IMG/VR virus record: IMGVR_UViG_3300035211_000097
Coordinates: 1 to 64,000 of that record
Length of the DNA: 64,000 nt
Origin: a virus
Reading direction: 5' to 3' (one strand)
The position numbers were made by a program, and so were the translations under genes. The notes beneath the pieces are model-generated. The model saw only the letters and a program-made list of their open reading frames with translations, was not told where the DNA came from and did not search any database. This document shows positions 56,430 to 64,000 of this stretch, in pieces; position 1 is the stretch's first letter; every line of letters starts with the position of its first letter.

Positions 56430-57876
56430 AGAAAATTTACAAGAAACAATTCAGAATAAAGCTGAAGAAAAATTCAGGAATTATTACATTGAAAATGAGA
56501 TCGTTGCCTATATTGCTCGGAAGTCACCAAAGCAGGCCATGGCAGTTAATCCTGAGTGGTTTTCCACAGAGGTGTTTGTTCATGTGATTCGAGTGTTGAA
56601 GGAAAAGCGGACGTATATGTCTCAGGATTTGCTTACACTTGAAATCAAAGATTTAGGGATTACTGGGGATGAGTTTGAGGTTTTAAGTGAAACTTTGGAT
56701 GATGTATACAATCTTGATCTGGAAAAATATACGGATCAGACGTTCAAGGAATTGGTTACACAGCTGGTAAATATGTATGATTCTCGGAGAGTTTTTACAG
56801 CAATGGCTGGTGTAGTCACGAAGATGAATTCATTCAGCTTGGAACGTGACCGGAAAAGTTTGGCAGAAGCGATTATTCCTACTGTCCTCAGAGACGAAAA
56901 GCATGGTGGTTTTTATGTGGATGATTACGAGGAACGTGTCGAGATTATACAAGAACGGGCCAGACAACGAGTTGAGAATGATGTTGATCACATAGGAATT
57001 CCTTCTGGTATTAAACAATTTGATGCTGCTATTGGTGGGGTTATGTCTGGTGAGTTTATGGTGATTGGAGGTCGTACAGGTATAGGTAAGACGGCAGCCT
57101 TGATACATCATGCGATTACTTCATGGAAATTTAAAAACAATACCTTGCTTGTTTCCGGGGAAATGACGAAGCATGCAATGGAATTCAGGATTGATTCAAA
57201 TGTGACAGCAATTCCATCTACCCTTTTCAGATTATCAGAACTTGAACAAAACGATTATGCTCTTTGGGAAAATACTATGAGTAATTTACGTGATATGCAT
57301 AATGATAGTTTTTTGTATGTACGTAGTTATCCGAAAGGGTTTTCAGCTGAAGACATTGAGCGTGATATTCACTGGTTACAGGATGAGACTGGGGAAAAGG
57401 TTGATACGTTGTGTATGGATTATCTTAATATTATGAGACCGAGACGGGGCAGGGGCAAGACGCAGGAATGGTCTTCACAGGCTGAGGCTGTTTGGGATTT
57501 TAAGGAGTTGATTCTTGATTTTGATATGGCTGGATTTACAGCTAACCAGATCAAGGATGAGGCGTATAACAAGCGGTTTTTGGATTCCAGTGATATGAAA
57601 TATGCCAGAGCTATCTCAGAGGCAGCCCCGATTATTGTAGGCTTGACACAATGTGATGAAGACAGGCTTATGAATCGGATGGTGTATCAGCCGATAAAAA
57701 CACGAGAGGCTACACCGCCGAAGCCAATTTACTTAAATCCCCGAATGGATATTATGCGTATAAATAATGAGTTGATTCATTCTGTAAGTTCGTTGTCTGA
57801 TATAAAATCAGCAGTGGTTGATGTGGATAAGGAAAAAAGTAAAAAGAAAAAACGGAAGATTGTCAAGGAATTATGA
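56422..57876 (+). CDS. dnaB: DnaB-like replicative helicase
   Basis: GIPSG...D...GG..GE, GRTGIGKT, SGEM, DYL, TANQ. Confidence 0.9.
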   Translation: MSKENLQETIQNKAEEKFRNYYIENEIVAYIARKSPKQAMAVNPEWFSTEVFVHVIRVLKEKRTYMSQDLLTLEIKDLGITGDEFEVLSETLDDVYNLDLEKYTDQTFKELVTQLVNMYDSRRVFTAMAGVVTKMNSFSLERDRKSLAEAIIPTVLRDEKHGGFYVDDYEERVEIIQERARQRVENDVDHIGIPSGIKQFDAAIGGVMSGEFMVIGGRTGIGKTAALIHHAITSWKFKNNTLLVSGEMTKHAMEFRIDSNVTAIPSTLFRLSELEQNDYALWENTMSNLRDMHNDSFLYVRSYPKGFSAEDIERDIHWLQDETGEKVDTLCMDYLNIMRPRRGRGKTQEWSSQAEAVWDFKELILDFDMAGFTANQIKDEAYNKRFLDSSDMKYARAISEAAPIIVGLTQCDEDRLMNRMVYQPIKTREATPPKPIYLNPRMDIMRINNELIHSVSSLSDIKSAVVDVDKEKSKKKKRKIVKEL

Positions 57877-58805
57877 TCGATTATATGTTACAGCTGGAAA
57901 CAAGAGGTGTTGAGATCACACAGACCGGTGTTAATTATGCCATGATGTGCTGTCCTTTTCATGGGGAGTCAGAACCATCACTTTCACTGTCTCTTACGAC
58001 AGGACGATATAATTGTTTTAGTTGTCACGAGAAAGGGGATTTTGCGAACCTTATAGCACAGATTGACGAGATTGATTTGCTTACTGCTTATGGTCGAGTG
58101 AAAAACATGATAAATCCTACTGGTGTGGTAAAACTTTTGGAGAAACAATTCTTTGAAGATGAATTGGAACAGAAAAAGAATGTAAGGTTTATCAAGTGGT
58201 CATATTTTAAACAGAAATATGCCTCTGCTTTGGAATATGATGATGCCCGTGGTTATTTGTATAAGCGAGGGATCACAGAGCAGAGTATTCGGGATTACAG
58301 GATACGTTTTTGTGATGCAGATACAGCATATTATAATCGGGTTATTATTCCTATTTTTCAAGAGAGGAAATTGGTTTCATGGGTGGGGCGTTTAATTTAT
58401 GACAGTCCTACTCGTTCAAAAACTCGGAAGACAGGGACTCCGTATTATACCTTATTTGGAATTCCACAATTAGGTTTAAAACTTGGTGAACGTTTAGATT
58501 ATTTGATACTTGTCGAGGGGGAATTCGATGCGATTTATTTGAGGCAGTTCGGTTTGAATGTTGTGGCTGTTATGGGTTCAGGTGAGTTAAATAAATATCG
58601 TTTAAGTCTTTTGAGAAAATTGACAAACAGGGTAGTGTTGGCTTTTGACGGAGATCAGGCAGGCCGGGACGGTATGTATAAAAATTATCAGAAAATTCGT
58701 AAGGTTTTGCCGGTAGAAAGATGTGTTTTACCGTGGGGAAAAGACCCTAATACTTTGAACACGGCAGAAGTAAACAATAATTTTTCAAAATATTTAGTAG
58801 CGTAA
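57873..58805 (+). CDS. dnaG: DnaG-like primase
   Basis: CPFH.E..PS...CFSC; LVEGEFD; AFDGDQAG; KDPN. Confidence 0.92.
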   Translation: MIDYMLQLETRGVEITQTGVNYAMMCCPFHGESEPSLSLSLTTGRYNCFSCHEKGDFANLIAQIDEIDLLTAYGRVKNMINPTGVVKLLEKQFFEDELEQKKNVRFIKWSYFKQKYASALEYDDARGYLYKRGITEQSIRDYRIRFCDADTAYYNRVIIPIFQERKLVSWVGRLIYDSPTRSKTRKTGTPYYTLFGIPQLGLKLGERLDYLILVEGEFDAIYLRQFGLNVVAVMGSGELNKYRLSLLRKLTNRVVLAFDGDQAGRDGMYKNYQKIRKVLPVERCVLPWGKDPNTLNTAEVNNNFSKYLVA

Positions 58806-58825
58806 TTTTGGTATTTGCCGTATAG
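58801..58825 (+). promoter_or_regulatory. Class A promoter upstream of tubulin
   Basis: CGTAAT-N9-TGCCGTATAG with conserved spacing. Confidence 0.6.
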
Positions 58826-58841
58826 GTAGATAGGAAACAGT

Positions 58842-59900
58842 ATGATTGATTTGATTGTAGGAATAGGTCAGGGCGGTTGCCGTCTGGCAAAAGAGTTTTC
58901 ACAGGGTTTGGATGCACAAGCTGTTTATTGTAATCTCACAAACACGGATTTTTCAAAATTGGACGTATCAAGAAAAGATAAATTTGTGATTGAGGTGGGT
59001 GGTACGGGTAAAGACCCGGAATATGGTGAACATATTGTCAGAAAACACATTGCTAATTATAAGAAGTTCTTGGGGAACTACGAAGCTGAAACGGTTATGG
59101 TTGTGGTCGGTGGTGGCGGTGGTTCTGGGGCCGGTTTTCTTCCGCATACATTGAAATATTTTACAGGAAGAAAACGGGTTATTCTGGTATTCATTTTACC
59201 TGAAGAAAATGAAGGGATTCCTACTAAGCCGAATGCTTTGAAAACATTGAACAAGGTTATTACTGAGTACAGGCAGAAAATAAGTATATGTTTGGTAGAT
59301 AATGAATATCTGGGTAAAGTTCATGGACATTCAGGATCAAATTCGTACTGGGAGTCAGTGAATCGGGCAATTGTGGGATCATTTAAAAAGATTTATTTAC
59401 TTACCAATTTGGAAAAGAATAAAAATTATATTGATGTTTCCAGTGGTTTTAAGGCTTTGGATGAAAAGGATGTCCAGAGGGTTCTGTTTACTGAGAATGG
59501 ATATGTGGATATTCGGGAGCTGGTACTTCCTGCTACTCGATCAAAGGCAGGAGATTGTATCAAACGAGAATTTGGCAGGTCGAGCATGTTTATGCCTGAT
59601 TTAGACAGTAGATCGGCAGGAAGGTGCTTTATCGCTCTGGGTATTCCCGGAGTATATAAAGATCACAAAGAGCATGTGATGAAATATGTCAGTGGCATAT
59701 TTTCAGATATGTCTGCTGTGATCAGAACCCCGGACGTTGTCCGGTGTAACTATTATAATAACAAACTTGCAGAGATAAAACTTTTGGTAGGTATGGCTGG
59801 TATTACTGCAAATTCCAGAATGAAAAAACTGGTAGCTTCAGTGAACCGTGACCTTGAGAAGATGGAAAGCTGTGAGGGGTTATCTGTAATAGATTTTTAA
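58842..59900 (+). CDS. Tubulin/FtsZ-family GTPase (PhuZ/TubZ-like)
   Basis: VGIGQGG, GGTGKD, GGGGGSGAG signature, LP...EG....NA, VDN, T7-like LDEKD. Confidence 0.88.
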   Translation: MIDLIVGIGQGGCRLAKEFSQGLDAQAVYCNLTNTDFSKLDVSRKDKFVIEVGGTGKDPEYGEHIVRKHIANYKKFLGNYEAETVMVVVGGGGGSGAGFLPHTLKYFTGRKRVILVFILPEENEGIPTKPNALKTLNKVITEYRQKISICLVDNEYLGKVHGHSGSNSYWESVNRAIVGSFKKIYLLTNLEKNKNYIDVSSGFKALDEKDVQRVLFTENGYVDIRELVLPATRSKAGDCIKREFGRSSMFMPDLDSRSAGRCFIALGIPGVYKDHKEHVMKYVSGIFSDMSAVIRTPDVVRCNYYNNKLAEIKLLVGMAGITANSRMKKLVASVNRDLEKMESCEGLSVIDF

Positions 59901-59917
59901 GTGGAGGTTACTAAACG

Positions 59918-60421
59918 ATGAGTGACGAACAGACCAATGAAAAGCAGGAAACCAAAGTAATCCGGTTTACTCTTGCAGGTAAACGGTTCAGAGTTCGTAT
60001 CGAAGGTGACTTGGAGCTTACCAGTAAAACCAATGCGGATTTGATAGATCAGTTAAATGTCATTCCGGGACGGCTGGCTTACTGGGGTGCAAAAAGAGCG
60101 CAGGTAGAGTCTGCCGTTGACAAGGCTATGCTTGCGTTTAATCAGTGGATGGCTTCTATGTACTTTAAAGTCAAAGATGCTCTGGTTAAAGAAGGCGAAA
60201 AGAAACCTACTGAAACGCTTATCGGCAATAAAATACTTGTCGATAACGTGGACAAACACATGGAATTGAAAGCGGATATTCGTGAACTGAACGAGTCACT
60301 TGCAATTATCAAAGGTGTGCTTAAGGCATATGAACAGCAGGTGTGGACATTACGTGCAATTGTACAGATGCGAACACATGAACTGGGTTCTATGTCGGAC
60401 GGCAATCTCTCGCAGCTATAA
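59918..60421 (+). CDS. UvsY-like recombination mediator (coiled coil)
   Basis: P...AYWG, K.TE..I...I; next to SSB and RecA. Confidence 0.55.
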   Translation: MSDEQTNEKQETKVIRFTLAGKRFRVRIEGDLELTSKTNADLIDQLNVIPGRLAYWGAKRAQVESAVDKAMLAFNQWMASMYFKVKDALVKEGEKKPTETLIGNKILVDNVDKHMELKADIRELNESLAIIKGVLKAYEQQVWTLRAIVQMRTHELGSMSDGNLSQL

Positions 60422-60432
60422 GGAGTAGTTTT

Positions 60433-61524
60433 ATGCAGAGTTTAAGCAAAAAAGAAGACATTGACAGTACCCTATCGCTATTTGAGCAGCGTACTCAGAA
60501 TGTCACAATTCCGAAAGAAAAAACCCCGTGGTATATTCTTTCTCCTGAATTTAAAACAGGATTCAGGCACTGGATTCAGTTGTCGAACGGGAACAAAATT
60601 CCTGTTCCGTGTAAGGGCGGTAATGATGGTAAAGGGTTTGCCCCGGATGTCTGTCCGTTCTGTAAAAAATCTCTGGAATATTACCAGAAAGCCAAAATGC
60701 TGTTACAGCGTGGCAGGGAAAAACAGTCTGAGAAATTGAAAGAGGCAGGGAATTCCATTCGGTCTACTTTTTCAGCACTTTTTCACGCTGTCAGAGGTGT
60801 TAAGGTTTTGGAAATGCAGACTACGAAAACCGGCAAAAAGAAGGTGCTGGTTCCCTACTTTGAAGATATTGATGAAGACGATGAAAACAGTGTCGAAGTA
60901 GGAATTCTGTCTCTTAGTCAGGCACAGTTTGAAAACTTTACTGGGATGATCGGCTCTGAAGAATATCCGTTTATCAAGTCAGGTGATGATCTGACAAACA
61001 GGGTAATCTGGACACAGAAGAAAAAGACATCCAAAAAGAAGAGGTTCCCGGAAGTTGTTTTCTCAGCAGCCAAGCATACATCAGAGAAACCTGATGTTGT
61101 GATACCTGAAGAACAGCAGAACCTTGAAGACCAGTTTAATATTACAGATGAAGAATTTGAAAACATCTGGAAAGATTTTGCCGGTGACATCGGTGAAGAA
61201 CTGGAAAAGCGTGATAAAAAACGCAGCAAAAAGAAACCGCCCGTAGAAGAAGTCGATGAAGACGATGATGATGATGACGAAGAAGCGGACGAGGAAGAAG
61301 TCGAAGTCGAGGACGATGATGATTACGAAGAAGAAGATGAAGACGATGACGACTACGAAGAAGCGGACGAGGATGACACTGATGATCTTCCAGATGATGC
61401 CTACCTTGATGACGATGAGGACGATTTTGAAGATGACGACCCGGACGATCTGCCCCCGCCTCCGAAAAAGACAAAAGCAAAAACTGGAGGAAAAAAGGGC
61501 GGTAAAGGGAGTGCCAAGCTGTGA
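60433..61524 (+). CDS. Single-stranded DNA-binding protein (gp32-like) with acidic tail
   Basis: RHW...C...CPFC Zn site; long D/E tail. Confidence 0.7.
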   Translation: MQSLSKKEDIDSTLSLFEQRTQNVTIPKEKTPWYILSPEFKTGFRHWIQLSNGNKIPVPCKGGNDGKGFAPDVCPFCKKSLEYYQKAKMLLQRGREKQSEKLKEAGNSIRSTFSALFHAVRGVKVLEMQTTKTGKKKVLVPYFEDIDEDDENSVEVGILSLSQAQFENFTGMIGSEEYPFIKSGDDLTNRVIWTQKKKTSKKKRFPEVVFSAAKHTSEKPDVVIPEEQQNLEDQFNITDEEFENIWKDFAGDIGEELEKRDKKRSKKKPPVEEVDEDDDDDDEEADEEEVEVEDDDDYEEEDEDDDDYEEADEDDTDDLPDDAYLDDDEDDFEDDDPDDLPPPPKKTKAKTGGKKGGKGSAKL

Positions 61525-62558
61525 GCAAAAAAGAGCAAGAATCTTTTTTAGCCGGGCTTAATAAAGCCATGGGTAACGATGAGGCATTTATGCGTCTCTC
61601 CACCCGTGATAAAAAGATAGTTACCGGTCTAAGTACCGGTAGCTATCTGCTTAATTATAAAATGTCGGGTAACCCTTTTGTGGGGTGGCAATATGGAAGG
61701 ATTGCTGAAGTTTACGGCCCTGAACAGTCAGGTAAAACTACGCTGACACTGCATACAATCGCAGAGGCGCATAAGCTGGATGCAATGAAAGGGAATAAAC
61801 AAGTGATAAATCCTGTTTTCATTGATGCAGAACACACACTCGATCCAGATTATGCTTCAGCTATTGGTGTAGACATGGACAGGCTTTATGTAATGCAACC
61901 AGACAGCGGTGAGCAGGCATTGACTGGTGTGGAGAAAGCTATAGACACGGGAAGTAAGCTGATAGTGATTGACTCAGTGGCTTCTCTTACTCCACAGGCA
62001 GAGCTTGACGGGGATATGGGTGATTCTCATATGGGTTTACAGGCCCGGCTTATGGGTCAGGCTCTCAGGAAACTGGTAGGAAAAATCAGTAAAAATCAGG
62101 CTCTGGTTATTTTTATAAATCAGCTTAGGATGAAAATAGGGGTTATGTTTGGTAATCCAGAAACTACTCCGGGCGGTAAAGCTTTGAAGTTTTATTCTTC
62201 CTACAGGCTGGATGTCCGGGCTGCCCGTGGTGATGCTATAAAAGGCAAACAAAGCCTATCAAATATAAAAGCGGACAAGGATGAAAATGAGATAGGTATA
62301 AAAACGAAAATAAAGATCGTTAAAAATAAATTGTACCCTCCGTATAAAAGAGCGTTGCTTCCTATTATTTACGGACGGGGTTTTGACAAGGAAAAAGACA
62401 TTGTGAAATTTTTGGAGTTGTGTGGTTATCTTGATGACGGTTTTGAACTTCCATCTTTAGGTAAGACTTATCAGAAACCGATGTTTAAAAAGGTATTAAG
62501 CAAACCAGAAGTGCAGGGAGATGTCTTAGCATTTTTGAAAAGGGAGTTTGTAGAATGA
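61521..62558 (+). CDS. recA: RecA/UvsX recombinase
   Basis: EVYGPEQSGKTT, FIDAEH, IDSVA.L.P..E, FINQ.R, ETTPGG.ALKFY. Confidence 0.95.
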   Translation: MSKKEQESFLAGLNKAMGNDEAFMRLSTRDKKIVTGLSTGSYLLNYKMSGNPFVGWQYGRIAEVYGPEQSGKTTLTLHTIAEAHKLDAMKGNKQVINPVFIDAEHTLDPDYASAIGVDMDRLYVMQPDSGEQALTGVEKAIDTGSKLIVIDSVASLTPQAELDGDMGDSHMGLQARLMGQALRKLVGKISKNQALVIFINQLRMKIGVMFGNPETTPGGKALKFYSSYRLDVRAARGDAIKGKQSLSNIKADKDENEIGIKTKIKIVKNKLYPPYKRALLPIIYGRGFDKEKDIVKFLELCGYLDDGFELPSLGKTYQKPMFKKVLSKPEVQGDVLAFLKREFVE

Positions 62559-63676
62559 TAGATGTGTGTGATCCCCATTTCGGGAGAAAGCAGGATACTA
62601 TTATGGTAAAAAACGATATTTTACCTGAATGTGGTTTACCTGAATTGAATTCCAGAACATATGATTTGGTAAATCGTATGAATTATGCTTCTGAGTTTGC
62701 ACAGAAAAATAATCACAGTCTTGTGATTGCTGGTGATGTTTTTAATATTGTATCTCCGAGTACTCGAACTATTTCTATTTTTAATGCATGGTTGGGCCGT
62801 ACATTAAAAATGGGTGTAGTGGTCTACATTATGCCGGGGAACCATGACAGTACAGTTACATGGGTAAATTCTGGTATGCTCATGGGTTTGGAGTCAGTCA
62901 TAACCAATTTTTATATTATAGACAGGGTTTCTATATGGGAAATAGACGGTATGCGAGTACTGATGATCCCGCATATACCAAGAGATTTAATTACACCGGA
63001 TAGCTTTTCTATTTTGAAGGAAGCTGACAAGTATGATCTTGTGGTGGGCCATGGTCAGATTGTAGGAAGCAGTTATGATAACGATTGTTTTTATGAAGCT
63101 GGTAAGGCTGTTGAATTTACGTATGGTATGTTCCCGGAAAACACACAAGTAGTGCTGGGTCATGAGCATGCCTATAAGGTGTACAAAGGCGAGGGTAATG
63201 TTAGAGTTTATTATCCCGGATCAGTAGTTGAAAATAATTTTGGGGAAGCTGGGGATGAAAAGCGGTTCGCTGTGGTGACTAATGGAGTTATCAGTTTTGA
63301 AAATTATCCTGATTTGAAATACCCGTATATGAACATTGACATCGATCTCACTGAAAAGGATTTCAGCTATACCCCGGATGACATCAGAGATATTTGTCAG
63401 GGAAAAGTGATCAAGGTGAGAGCTACAGCCAAGGATGCTTTAGCTGTAAATCAGGTCAAGATATCACAGGTGATTACCGAGGCTGGTGGTTATGTTGTCC
63501 GGTTTGAAACTATACTTCTGGAAAGTGAAGAAAGGACAGATGTATCTATGATCACAAATCATGATCATCGGGCATTACTTAAAAAATATCTGGCGGGACA
63601 AGATGATTTAACAAAGGCCGAACGTGATGAAGCGTATTTGATTGGGGAAAAAGTAATTGAGGGAGGTGCTGAATGA
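62555..63676 (+). CDS. Mre11/SbcD-like nuclease
   Basis: DPH, AGDVF, GNHD, GH, LGHEH, YPGS. Confidence 0.9.
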   Translation: MIDVCDPHFGRKQDTIMVKNDILPECGLPELNSRTYDLVNRMNYASEFAQKNNHSLVIAGDVFNIVSPSTRTISIFNAWLGRTLKMGVVVYIMPGNHDSTVTWVNSGMLMGLESVITNFYIIDRVSIWEIDGMRVLMIPHIPRDLITPDSFSILKEADKYDLVVGHGQIVGSSYDNDCFYEAGKAVEFTYGMFPENTQVVLGHEHAYKVYKGEGNVRVYYPGSVVENNFGEAGDEKRFAVVTNGVISFENYPDLKYPYMNIDIDLTEKDFSYTPDDIRDICQGKVIKVRATAKDALAVNQVKISQVITEAGGYVVRFETILLESEERTDVSMITNHDHRALLKKYLAGQDDLTKAERDEAYLIGEKVIEGGAE

Positions 63677-64000
63677 TCTGTAGAATACAAGGGACTAATT
63701 TCATGGGGTATGAAAAGGTCGATGTGGATATCAGCGGTTATTCTTCTATTGAAGTTGTGGGGCGTAACGGTTCCGGTAAATCAGCACTGTTGGAAATGGT
63801 TATTTATGCGTTGTACGGGATTACCCGGCTGGCTACCAAGGAAATATCCAGAAAGCAGGGGGATGGTACACACGAGGTAATCATTTCTTTTGATAATGTG
63901 GCTGGTAATAAGGGAATTCTGGAAATAACCAGAGGATTAAACGCTAAAGGGAACGGGTACGCTTCTGCTACTTTTAATGGGGAGCCGGTGGCTGATGGTT
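63673..64000 (+). CDS. Rad50/SbcC-like ATPase, 3'-truncated by window
   Basis: NFMGY...GRNGSGKSALLE...ALYG; ATGA overlap. Confidence 0.88.
   Translation, partial: MICRIQGTNFMGYEKVDVDISGYSSIEVVGRNGSGKSALLEMVIYALYGITRLATKEISRKQGDGTHEVIISFDNVAGNKGILEITRGLNAKGNGYASATFNGEPVADG

Noticed and set aside
61250-61450. GAY/GAR-rich DNA as a repeat element
   Set aside because: It simply encodes the acidic tail of the SSB
56422-62558. Inteins or introns in DnaB, DnaG or RecA
   Set aside because: Normal lengths, contiguous motifs, no intein splice signatures
159-63169. All minus-strand ORFs in the track (e.g. 15891-16388, 22917-23336, 61142-61603)
   Set aside because: They are antisense shadows of well-supported + strand genes, with no recognisable motifs
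1-64000. Stop-codon reassignment / alternative genetic code
   Set aside because: Conserved genes are full length in the standard code and TAA, TAG and TGA all end genes at tight junctions

Overview
The whole window is one co-oriented (+ strand) segment of a large tailed-phage genome with a contractile tail; its capsid, neck and tail proteins resemble those of SPO1/Twort-type myoviruses. Four blocks are visible. (1) 1-11.8 kb: small accessory genes, including a Tad2/DUF2829 nucleotide sponge, a SAM-dependent methyltransferase, an SGNH esterase lipoprotein, a PNK-like kinase and a Topo VI-A/Mini-A-like TOPRIM protein. (2) 11.8-22.8 kb: putative virion-packaged effectors (InPase, ART+JAB, SNF2 ATPase, T3-like SAM lyase, MuF), several carrying recurrent basic KAKY..GKW.Y tags next to protease-type K-[SAG] sites. 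(3) 22.8-53.7 kb: head, neck, tail and baseplate genes plus three paralogous beta-propeller receptor-binding proteins; no portal, terminase or endolysin is recognisable. (4) 53.8-64 kb: phage sigma factor, initiator with an internal origin-like element, DnaC, DnaB, DnaG, a tubulin/FtsZ-family GTPase, UvsY-like, SSB, RecA, Mre11 and the start of Rad50. Non-coding signals read directly from the sequence include three promoter classes, a 15-bp palindromic operator array around the sigma promoter, a UCC_UUU_CGU +1 frameshift site and several tiny promoter-hairpin-terminator units with anti-Shine-Dalgarno loops. All family assignments come from motif recognition by eye; no searches were run.
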